52,773 bases of DNA from a virus (taxonomy: Duplodnaviria; Caudoviricetes): the IMG/VR virus record IMGVR_UViG_3300044675_003531, positions 1 through 52,773 of that record, one strand, 5' to 3'. The first letter of the stretch is position 1. The number at the start of each line of letters is the position of its first letter. Positions 30,220 to 37,138 of this stretch are shown here, one piece after another. The notes beneath the pieces were generated by a model. The model was given only the letters and a program-made list of their open reading frames with translations, had not been told where the DNA came from and ran no database searches. Both the position numbers and the translations under genes were made by a program.

Positions 30220-30289
30220 GATGCGGAGTCTCCGGCCCCAGAGGGGCGGGGGGTCAGTGCCCGGGGCTGGCCGGGCGGGTGGACTGATA

Positions 30290-30356
30290 GGGCTTGCCAT
30301 CGTCAGGCATCAAGGAGCCACCTTGACACGACCCCGGGGCGGCCGGGGTTTCGGCA
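30290..30356 (-). ncRNA. Type II hammerhead ribozyme (HH2)
   Basis: UGCC-GAAA-CCCCGG(CCGCC)CCGGGG-UC^GUGUCAAGG(UGGCU)CCUUGAUGC-CUGACGA-U-GGCA-AGCC; loop I GGCU can pair with the 3' AGCC; predicted cleavage between 30330 and 30329. Confidence 0.9.
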
Positions 30357-30372
30357 GGTCAGCGGGTGCGGC

Positions 30373-30714
30373 CTACTTGTTGGCCCAGAGGGTGGCCAGC
30401 AGGGCGCGGACGACACGGTCAGGGTCAGGGCTGGCCATCAGGGTGTCGGTGTCGATGTCCACCGTGCCAAGGAGGGTGGCACCCTGCCAGAGGCTAATGG
30501 ATGTCGCGGTGCCCGGGATGGGCTCGGCACCGTAGCGCAGGATGTTGGTCAGGCGGGTGATGGTCCGGAGGCCAACCCGGCTGAAGATGTCAGCCAGACC
30601 GGGCCGGGCGGTCAGCCAGACTTCGTAGCCTTGCGGGAGGTGGCGGCGGTTGGACCAAGTCCAGCGGCCGGTGGATGCTTCGAGGTGTGCGAATTCGCGG
30701 GTCAGGTTTTGCAT
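30373..30714 (-). CDS. Hypothetical early protein
   Basis: GGAGACTCCGCATC-ATG start, identical to that of the next gene. Confidence 0.6.
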   Translation of the reverse strand: MQNLTREFAHLEASTGRWTWSNRRHLPQGYEVWLTARPGLADIFSRVGLRTITRLTNILRYGAEPIPGTATSISLWQGATLLGTVDIDTDTLMASPDPDRVVRALLATLWANK

Positions 30715-30781
30715 GATGCGGAGTCTCCAGAGGGGGATGGCCCGGGGTGAACCGGGCCGGGGTTGTCGATGCGGGGAGGGC

Positions 30782-30994
30782 TTAGAAGTCGCCGCCAGCC
30801 GAGATGACCCGCTCACCGGGGGCGGCGATGGTGTAGAGGGTTGTCGGTACACCGTAGGTGGCGAGGTAGTCTCGCTCAGCACGGGCCTTGACTACCTCGG
30901 CGGTCGCCCTATTGTGGCACTTGACGACGACCAGCGGGTAGCCGCTTGGCGAGAGGACTGCAACGGCGTAGGTTGGAAGGGTGATGGTTGACAT
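30782..30994 (-). CDS. Hypothetical protein (first gene of the leftward unit)
   Basis: GAGAC-type RBS before the ATG at 30994. Confidence 0.55.
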   Translation of the reverse strand: MSTITLPTYAVAVLSPSGYPLVVVKCHNRATAEVVKARAERDYLATYGVPTTLYTIAAPGERVISAGGDF

Positions 30995-31029
30995 GGTTGT
31001 CGGTTGTCTCAGGGCACGAGGGCCCGGGG

Positions 31030-31395
31030 TCAGGGCCAGTGGACTAGACTGGCAGGGTGTAGGTTTCGCGGTGCTATCCGCCGGGGCCGGGTCAGGGCTC
31101 ATCAGGTGGCCAGCATCAGGCCACGACATGGTTTCCAGCAGGTCCCGTGGAGGTGTTGATATCACCTATCTGCTGGTACACCCCGCCACACGGTGGAGGG
31201 TGTCTCTTATGGTGCGGGTCGTTGCATCGATTGAGGGGGGCCGAACGGCCAAGGTGCCCGGGATGGGCTAGGGAGAGGATGCTACCGCGTCTAGGATAAA
31301 GTGCCGAACCTGCCGGACCCGCGAGGGGTCCCAACCGCGACCCAGTGGACTTGGCCACCGGACACAGGAACACTCTACTCGGACCTGGTGGCCCA
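31030..31395 (-). ncRNA. Large structured leader RNA containing a hammerhead-like core (HH3)
   Basis: GUC^GUGGCC(UGAUGCU)GGCCAC-CUGAUGA-GC...GCGG(AUAGCA)CCGC-GAAAC at 31127-31063, plus several additional helices. Confidence 0.5.
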
Positions 31396-31401
31396 GTGCA
31401 A

Positions 31402-31880
31402 GCATAGTTGTTGACACTCATTGACACTCATTGACAGTTATTCACACTTGAGTGCGCTGTTGATAGTTATTGACACTCACATTTATTTTGTTTAGTGATG
31501 TGAAGTATTTCAGAGGGCTGTGGAACCGATGCGGGACCGGGGCGGCAGTGTCCGGGACCGATGGCAGGGCGGCAGGATGCAGAGGGGAGTTTTTGAGGCA
31601 TAGTAGGAATCGCACACGTCACACGCATGACGCGTCACACACACGCACGTACACACGGGCACACACGCGCACGCGTTGGGATAGAACGCACGCACACGTA
31701 CGAGCAGGCGCAACGCGCCTGCGAGTATGCGAGCGCGTAGCGCGAGCAGGCTCCGGGGCTGCCACCAAGCAGAGGTGACAAGAATACAAGGGGGCCGTTT
31801 CACACCAAGATGAGGTGACAGCGTCGCAGGGCTATGTTGCAACAAGTATCAACAAGTATCAACGAGTGTCAACAACTATC
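31402..31880. repeat. Inverted arrays of 10-bp repeats flanking an alternating purine-pyrimidine tract
   Basis: TTGACACTCA-type tandem repeats at 31411-31450 and 31470; inverted copies at 31841-31880; exact 16-bp inverted repeat at 31404-19 / 31864-79. Confidence 0.85.
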
Positions 31881-32094
31881 AGAACAGAGGGGCAGTTATT
31901 ACCCGTACGATAGCAACCCCGCTGTATGGGCCCTGTGTGGCCTCACAGCCCTACCCGTCAGAGTCAGCCCACGCCCGGCTGGGGACCCCCTTTTATAATA
32001 GGGAGAACAACTGTTTGAGGACTCCAAATCGCAGCGCACCAAGGCGAGGTGACACCCCATTGGCAAGCCCCCGCCACCCCAAGGCGAGGTGACA
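31765..32094 (+). repeat. Four CCAAGnnGAGGTGACA sites in two pairs, each pair 40 bp apart
   Basis: Copies start at 31765, 31805, 32039 and 32079. Confidence 0.85.
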
Positions 32095-32195
32095 GGGGGG
32101 ACTCCAGAACCAATATTCACATCCCCCCAATCTCATTTCTCCCTACGGGGAACACACATCATCAAATGTATTCGTATGCGTATTCGTTTACCTTA

Positions 32196-32204
32196 TGGTA
32201 TACT
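32196..32204 (+). promoter_or_regulatory. Extended -10 promoter TGGTATACT
   Basis: TGn-TATACT upstream of the GAGGAGG RBS and the ATG at 32231. Confidence 0.6.
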
Positions 32205-32230
32205 ATTGTATGCACTGAGGAGGTGTAGTT

Positions 32231-32617
32231 ATGAAACCTACGGTAAGAGAGTTGTTTGAGACGGGTAAGTACACGTTCTATATGAGCGGTGTTGAACTGC
32301 CTAGTGAGAGTGTCGAGCGTTTGTTTGATACGGCTGTCACGTCGCTTGTGTTGACCGACACGGTCATTCTGTCTGTTAGTGTTATGGGTGGCAGCCCACT
32401 GTCGTTTGATATCCCTTATGAACTGATGCTTGGCGGGACAGTGTTCTGCCGCAGCGCGATTCCGGGTGAGTGGGAGTTTAGATGGCGTAAGACGTTTGGT
32501 GTATTGGAGGAGTGGTTCACTCTGACCAATGAGTGGAACGTGGTGGATGTCATGCAGTTGCCGCTTGGTGCGCGTTGTACGTGGGCTGTAGAGCGTATAC
32601 CGCTGGTGGGTAAGTGA
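32231..32617 (+). CDS. Hypothetical protein
   Basis: Strong RBS; 128-aa ORF. Confidence 0.7.
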   Translation: MKPTVRELFETGKYTFYMSGVELPSESVERLFDTAVTSLVLTDTVILSVSVMGGSPLSFDIPYELMLGGTVFCRSAIPGEWEFRWRKTFGVLEEWFTLTNEWNVVDVMQLPLGARCTWAVERIPLVGK

Positions 32618-33021
32618 TAGTTCTTGCGGGGCACCGCACTGCATTCCTGAACGCTAACAACGAGTGGGAAGATAGCGATGGCAATGTACTTATCCGTCTT
32701 ACTACGCTTGGGGATGTCATCCGTAAGCGTCGGTTGGAGTTAGGTATTTCCCAGCGTGATGTGGCTGCTATGATTACGGGGAGTAGGACATCGTTCTGCT
32801 CTCCTCAGACTCTCAACAATATCGAGCATAACGACCGTACGGGCGAACAGTATTGGGCATCAATCTCCAAGAAGTTAGATATCCCTTTGTGCGTGCTTAT
32901 GTACTACGGATTGTTGGCACCGGCTGGATATGTGCATCCATATGAGTATCCATATGAGGTTATTGAGAAAGCATTTGACAAAATGCGCGACAGTCTCTTC
33001 GACCACATTTACACACTTTGA
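32614..33021 (+). CDS. XRE-family HTH regulator
   Basis: LGDVIRKRRLELGISQRDVAAMI...SPQTLNNIEHN. Confidence 0.8.
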   Translation: MIVLAGHRTAFLNANNEWEDSDGNVLIRLTTLGDVIRKRRLELGISQRDVAAMITGSRTSFCSPQTLNNIEHNDRTGEQYWASISKKLDIPLCVLMYYGLLAPAGYVHPYEYPYEVIEKAFDKMRDSLFDHIYTL

Positions 33022-33065
33022 TGTATAATTTGTCTGTTCGATATTACTAACAACTAACCAAATGG

Positions 33066-33100
33066 ACCCTCGCAGTCAGCCACACTGCGGGGGTTTTGTT
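33066..33100 (+). terminator. Intrinsic terminator
   Basis: ACCCTCGCAGT-loop-ACTGCGGGGGT followed by TTTGTT. Confidence 0.7.
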
Positions 33101-33122
33101 ATACTAGGGCTGAGGTACTGCT

Positions 33123-33401
33123 ATGCCATATGTAACCAAACCTAGACCCTATAAGAAGGAATACGAGCAACAGGTCGCCAGAGGGGAACATCCTGCGCGT
33201 ATGGAACGCCAGAAGGCTCGTAGGGCCATGGATGCCAAAGGTGTTGAACGTACAGGCAAAGACATAGACCACAAGAAACCATTGAGTAAGGGTGGGACCA
33301 ACACGGCTAGTAACTTGCGAGTAGTGAAGCCTAGTACTAATCGGTCATTTGCGCGTAACAGTGACGGGTCGGTAAAGAAAAATGGAACTAAAAAGTCGTA
33401 A
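33123..33401 (+). CDS. Small HNH endonuclease-like protein
   Basis: DIDHKKPLSKGGTNTASNLRVVKPSTNRS. Confidence 0.8.
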   Translation: MPYVTKPRPYKKEYEQQVARGEHPARMERQKARRAMDAKGVERTGKDIDHKKPLSKGGTNTASNLRVVKPSTNRSFARNSDGSVKKNGTKKS

Positions 33402-33681
33402 ATCTGCCGAGGACGTAGCCAACTGGATACTCGATAGCGAGTACGAAGAGGTTGTGCTAATTGATGGTTTAGACGATGCTTTCATTGGATGTACCTCTGC
33501 TGGGGTTGCCATCTACAACATTGACCGATGCGCGGAAATCGTGGCCGAGGACAACAATATGTCCATTGAAGAGGCTATTGAGTACGTCGAATATAACGTC
33601 GTAGGGGCCTATGTAGGGCCGCAGACACCGTTGTTCATTGAGGTTATGAATGAGTACAGCAGTCAAGAAGAATCCGGCTAA
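33382..33681 (+). CDS. Conserved phage hypothetical protein
   Basis: DGLDDAFIG...EEAIEYVEYNVVGAYVGPQTP motif. Confidence 0.7.
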   Translation: MELKSRKSAEDVANWILDSEYEEVVLIDGLDDAFIGCTSAGVAIYNIDRCAEIVAEDNNMSIEEAIEYVEYNVVGAYVGPQTPLFIEVMNEYSSQEESG

Positions 33682-34036
33682 ATGGAAGGCTATTGTTGCT
33701 TCAGTCAAGGCTAGTACCAAGGGTGGAGACCCCGGTGAATGGTCGGCTCGCAAAGCACAACTAGCAACACAGAAGTACAAGGCCTCTGGTGGTGGATATG
33801 AAGGCCCAAAGAAGGCCGATAACAGTCTGTCTAAGTGGTCTGACCAGAAGTGGCGCACTAGTGATGGGAAACCCAGCGAAGGCAAGAAACGCTACCTGCC
33901 TGACAAGGCTTGGAGCGGTTTAAGTACCGGTGAAAAGGCTGCTACTAACAAGGCTAAAGCAGCAGGTAACGCGGCTGGTAAACAGTTTGTGGCCCAACCC
34001 AAAAAGATTGCGGCTAAAACAGCACGCTATAGATAA
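33650..34036 (+). CDS. Basic conserved phage protein (DUF5872-like)
   Basis: GGDPGEWSARKAQ...GGGY...WSDQKWRT...RYLPDKAW. Confidence 0.7.
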   Translation: MSTAVKKNPAKWKAIVASVKASTKGGDPGEWSARKAQLATQKYKASGGGYEGPKKADNSLSKWSDQKWRTSDGKPSEGKKRYLPDKAWSGLSTGEKAATNKAKAAGNAAGKQFVAQPKKIAAKTARYR

Positions 34037-34038
34037 AT

Positions 34039-34071
34039 AAAAACCCCTCTAGCCATGCAAAACTAGAGGGG
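34039..34071. terminator. Terminator between convergent genes
   Basis: CCCCTCTAG...CTAGAGGGG stem with an A-tract (U-tract on the - strand). Confidence 0.7.
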
Positions 34072-34104
34072 CTCGGCTGACAGGAGAATCAGTCGGGATT
34101 CGCA

Positions 34105-34443
34105 CTAAGATAGGACAGAGGAGGAGTCTTGGTGCATTTCTACCGTACCACAATCTTTCAATAATGTGTCTTTTAGACGATGGAATATTTCATCGGCTAT
34201 ACCGTAGAACGCGCCCATATCCATCTCTAGTCCTACAACTACAATCTGCCGCATGATGTCGATGCCTACCGACCTACGGCCGCGCTCAATGTTGGTCATG
34301 TGAGTACGATTGACGTTGCTTTTATAGGCTAGTCTCTCTTGACTGATATTCTTGTCTGTGCGGCACTTTACGATAGCCCAACCCACTGCAACGCAGTACG
34401 GTGAGGCAATATCTTTCAATGCTTTACGTTGACCCTTTACCAT
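34105..34443 (-). CDS. XRE-family HTH regulator
   Basis: ISQERLAYKSNVNRTHMTNIERGRRSVGI. Confidence 0.8.
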   Translation of the reverse strand: MVKGQRKALKDIASPYCVAVGWAIVKCRTDKNISQERLAYKSNVNRTHMTNIERGRRSVGIDIMRQIVVVGLEMDMGAFYGIADEIFHRLKDTLLKDCGTVEMHQDSSSVLS

Positions 34444-34445
34444 GC

Positions 34446-34715
34446 TTATTCCCCTAAAAAGGCTGGTTTGTTGCGCAGGTTAAACTTCCAGTTGTCGCTA
34501 CGTTGAGTCATCATTGTTATAAGTTCTGCTTCAGTCATCTGTCCAAATCGCCAAGGTGATTTAGACTTATCCTCACGCTCACTAATCAAGACCTGCAACG
34601 CGCCAGAAGGTGTACGCTGCGTCATAACACAACACTGTTCACACTCTGAATAGAGAGACTTGCCAGCATCTAAGTGCTGGATAGCCTCTACGAGATTTAC
34701 AAACGGCTCTGTCAT
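34446..34715 (-). CDS. Hypothetical protein
   Basis: Packed operon with overlapping start/stop. Confidence 0.55.
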   Translation of the reverse strand: MTEPFVNLVEAIQHLDAGKSLYSECEQCCVMTQRTPSGALQVLISEREDKSKSPWRFGQMTEAELITMMTQRSDNWKFNLRNKPAFLGE

Positions 34716-35050
34716 TTGGTGCGTGCCGCAATATGCGTATCAATCTCAACAAAGAGATGTTTGAGCCATGCACCATCACCAAGTCCAAGAAGGATTGGAG
34801 TCTTTCCCCAGAGCCAGCCAACACGCTCGACAAAGACACCAACCACAATGTTCTCAGTCATAGGGCTTTCATGACGCAGACGTACTGGTACGCCGTCACG
34901 CTCGAGCAATACTTCTTGTGTTGCATCGGCCGTCGCTCTCCACTGAACCAACTGCTTATGGAGTTTCTGTTCGGCCGTCATACCGACCGGTGCTTGCTCT
35001 ACTACTTCTACTACAGGGCTTACTACAGCCTTACGTCTTGCCATTTGCAT
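34712..35050 (-). CDS. Hypothetical protein
   Basis: Packed operon; GAGGA RBS. Confidence 0.55.
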   Translation of the reverse strand: MQMARRKAVVSPVVEVVEQAPVGMTAEQKLHKQLVQWRATADATQEVLLERDGVPVRLRHESPMTENIVVGVFVERVGWLWGKTPILLGLGDGAWLKHLFVEIDTHIAARTK

Positions 35051-35360
35051 ATCCTCTCATGCCACGCCATTCTTTGGAGTGGAATTCATTAGTAACAATA
35101 TCGGCTTCTTCACCGGTCAAAATGCGCCATTCGAAAAATGTAGGTGCAGACTTTGCTGTGACCATGATGAACCAAGGGTTTGTTTCAGTTGGATGCTTCA
35201 ACCGTGTATGAACACCGGAGATATTCAACTTATACTTCAACTCGCGGCATAACTTCGGCATTGCTACTTCATCAGCATCTAGCACCATTTTTTTACGGGC
35301 TATCTCTCTGTCCTCAATACCGCTGCGTAACTTGGTTACGACTTCAACAACACAACCCAT
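35031..35360 (-). CDS. Hypothetical protein
   Basis: AGGAGG RBS. Confidence 0.6.
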   Translation of the reverse strand: MGCVVEVVTKLRSGIEDREIARKKMVLDADEVAMPKLCRELKYKLNISGVHTRLKHPTETNPWFIMVTAKSAPTFFEWRILTGEEADIVTNEFHSKEWRGMRGYANGKT

Positions 35361-35369
35361 TCTGGCCTC

Positions 35370-35930
35370 CTAAAAACCTATCTGAACGAATCCGCCAAAC
35401 TTACCAAATTCACTCCAGTGCCGAACCTTGCGATAGTATCCATCACCATCTCGTTCTACTTCTGCGGACATTTCTGGCTCAGGATTAGTGTTGCCTTCAA
35501 TGGTAATCAAACCCCAGTCATGAACTTCTTCAATGACTCCAATATGTCCAATCCTGCCAAGCGCAGAGAAATAAAACAATGCTAAATCACCGGGTAATAA
35601 AACACGGTCAATTCCGCGTGCATCTAAAACACGTATCGATGAAATACTAACCCATGCGTTGTTAGCCTTAGCCCAGCGAGAATAGTCTGGTGTCCAACCG
35701 GTGCGTGGAAATGTCTTGTCATAGACCTGTCCAAGGGCCGTAGCGGCTTGTTTCAACCGAAACCGCACTACTGCTGCACACCATGGAGAACCGACGGGTA
35801 GCGGGGGAATACACGATTCTTGATAAGCACGTACAGCATCACCAGCATTGTTGCCAACCTCGGTGACACCAATGTTAGCGCGTGCAAATTCTAGTGCTTT
35901 GAGGGCAATAGGTCTATCTTCATTTCTCAT
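35370..35930 (-). CDS. CHAP-domain cell-wall hydrolase (endolysin)
   Basis: PWCAA catalytic Cys, GHIGV catalytic His, TIEGNT. Confidence 0.85.
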   Translation of the reverse strand: MRNEDRPIALKALEFARANIGVTEVGNNAGDAVRAYQESCIPPLPVGSPWCAAVVRFRLKQAATALGQVYDKTFPRTGWTPDYSRWAKANNAWVSISSIRVLDARGIDRVLLPGDLALFYFSALGRIGHIGVIEEVHDWGLITIEGNTNPEPEMSAEVERDGDGYYRKVRHWSEFGKFGGFVQIGF

Positions 35931-35931
35931 T

Positions 35932-36050
35932 GGAGGGTCTCATTTCTGTAAGGGTGAGGGTCTCAAAATTAACAGGGAGGGAGGGTCTCATATTTACTAC
36001 CCCTTATTAACAAGAATCATTTATGAATAAGAATCAGATTAACTAAGTGT
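35932..36050 (+). repeat. Non-coding second copy of the initiator-gene origin
   Basis: Three GAGGGTCTCA (35933, 35956, 35981) followed by TACCCCTTATTAACAAGAATCAT...AGAATCA...AACTAAG, collinear with the - strand of 19561-19681. Confidence 0.8.
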
Positions 36051-36083
36051 ATGGCTCCCTGCTAATATTACAGGTAATATACC

Positions 36084-36437
36084 ATGGGAGGCCTAATAAT
36101 GGTAACAGTTATTTCCGTTGTAATAGCAGTGTTTGTCACATGGGTAGTCGCGAAGGTGATGGTATCCCGTAAGTGGTACGAAGCAGGCCGGTTATGCGTT
36201 ATCACCAATGAGCGTACTGGTGTGCAGGCATTGGCTAAGTTAGGTCAGTCGGTTTACTGCGACCAAGAATATGCAGTCATTGCACACAATAAAGGACTCG
36301 TGTATTGCAGGTTAGATAGCGTTAGGTTTTATACTTTTGACGGTGAAGTTATTAATGAAGTCAACTGGAAACATTGTAATCCTGCACTAACTCCGTTTAG
36401 TTTACTTGAAGATGATGATACAATAGACCAACACTAG
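36084..36437 (+). CDS. Membrane-anchored hypothetical protein
   Basis: N-terminal TM; the start may be the ATG at 36099 after GGAGG. Confidence 0.6.
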   Translation: MGGLIMVTVISVVIAVFVTWVVAKVMVSRKWYEAGRLCVITNERTGVQALAKLGQSVYCDQEYAVIAHNKGLVYCRLDSVRFYTFDGEVINEVNWKHCNPALTPFSLLEDDDTIDQH

Positions 36438-36469
36438 TTCAGGAATAGTGGGTTGATAAGGAGAATCAG

Positions 36470-36709
36470 ATGACGTTACTACGGAAGTCTACATCAAGCG
36501 ATGTAGAAGTGGAGTTGGTATCCACGAAGAATGGCGAGGTCTACAACGTGAAAATTGAAGGCCGTGAAGACCAGAAGAACCTGACATCGACAGATGCATA
36601 CGAAGCACTTGCAGAATGTTTCAACGATGCAAATCTTCGGGTGCCATCACGCTTCATTGTTGAGTTTGGGCAGCACGTACTCAATCAACTGTTGCAGAAG
36701 ATTCGTTAA
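36470..36709 (+). CDS. Hypothetical protein
   Basis: AAGGAG RBS. Confidence 0.65.
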   Translation: MTLLRKSTSSDVEVELVSTKNGEVYNVKIEGREDQKNLTSTDAYEALAECFNDANLRVPSRFIVEFGQHVLNQLLQKIR

Positions 36710-37095
36710 TGAATCGCATCTGCATCGTTGGCCGGATTACGAAAACACCGGAAGCAAAAACGGTTGGCAGTGCTGGAGCGCAGGTTTCTGAGTTTGGCTG
36801 CGCTGTCAACAAGATGCGTAAGGATGATGGAGCCGACTTCTTCAATGTAAAGGTGTGGGGCAAGCAGGCAGAGTACGCATCCAAGTACCTTGAGAAAGGT
36901 CAACGCGTATCTATCTCAGGCCGGATGGAGTCTCGGGACTATGAGAAGGATGGTGTAAAGCGCACTGTCTGGGACCTAGTAGCAGACCAGATTAATGGCC
37001 TTGATAAACCCGGTGACCGTAACGGTGAAGAACGACCTGCAAAAACATCGCAGGACCCTACTAAGTGGGGTGAAATCGAAGACCCGTTTGCATAA
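36709..37095 (+). CDS. ssb: Single-stranded DNA-binding protein
   Basis: MNRICIVGRITKTPE...DFFNVKVWGKQAE...KGQRVSISGRM; acidic DPF tail. Confidence 0.95.
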   Translation: MNRICIVGRITKTPEAKTVGSAGAQVSEFGCAVNKMRKDDGADFFNVKVWGKQAEYASKYLEKGQRVSISGRMESRDYEKDGVKRTVWDLVADQINGLDKPGDRNGEERPAKTSQDPTKWGEIEDPFA

Positions 37096-37097
37096 AG

Positions 37098-37126
37098 AAA
37101 GCCCTCCGAAAGGAGGGTTTTTTATT
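37098..37126 (+). terminator. Intrinsic terminator
   Basis: GCCCTCC-GAAA-GGAGGGT followed by a T-tract. Confidence 0.85.
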
Positions 37127-37138
37127 GCGACTCGTGAT

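Larger units (their letters stand above)
25915..30262 (-). repeat. Dispersed intergenic repeat GGGCACTGACCCC (6 exact copies) in a hairpin-motif-hairpin-RBS element
   Basis: + strand GGGGTCAGTGCCC at 25915, 26408, 28105, 29054, 29851 and 30250. Confidence 0.9.

Noticed and set aside
24306-31165. Long N-terminal extensions given in the ORF track for the early genes
   Set aside because: They run through the repeat and ribozyme elements; the GGAGA-type RBSs mark downstream ATGs.
31411-31475. Four TTGACA hexamers as sigma70 -35 boxes
   Set aside because: No good -10 at about 17 bp; they are better explained as units of the 10-bp repeat.
25915-32094. Repeats as a CRISPR array or integron attC sites
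   Set aside because: Spacing is irregular and gene-sized, or only pairwise. There are no cas or integron-integrase genes and no RYYYAAC/GTTRRRY ends.
35848-36030. 60-aa + strand ORF over the origin copy as a rep pseudogene
   Set aside because: Iteron spacings of 23 and 25 bp break the frame, and only the DNA boxes are conserved. A remote relic origin cannot be excluded.
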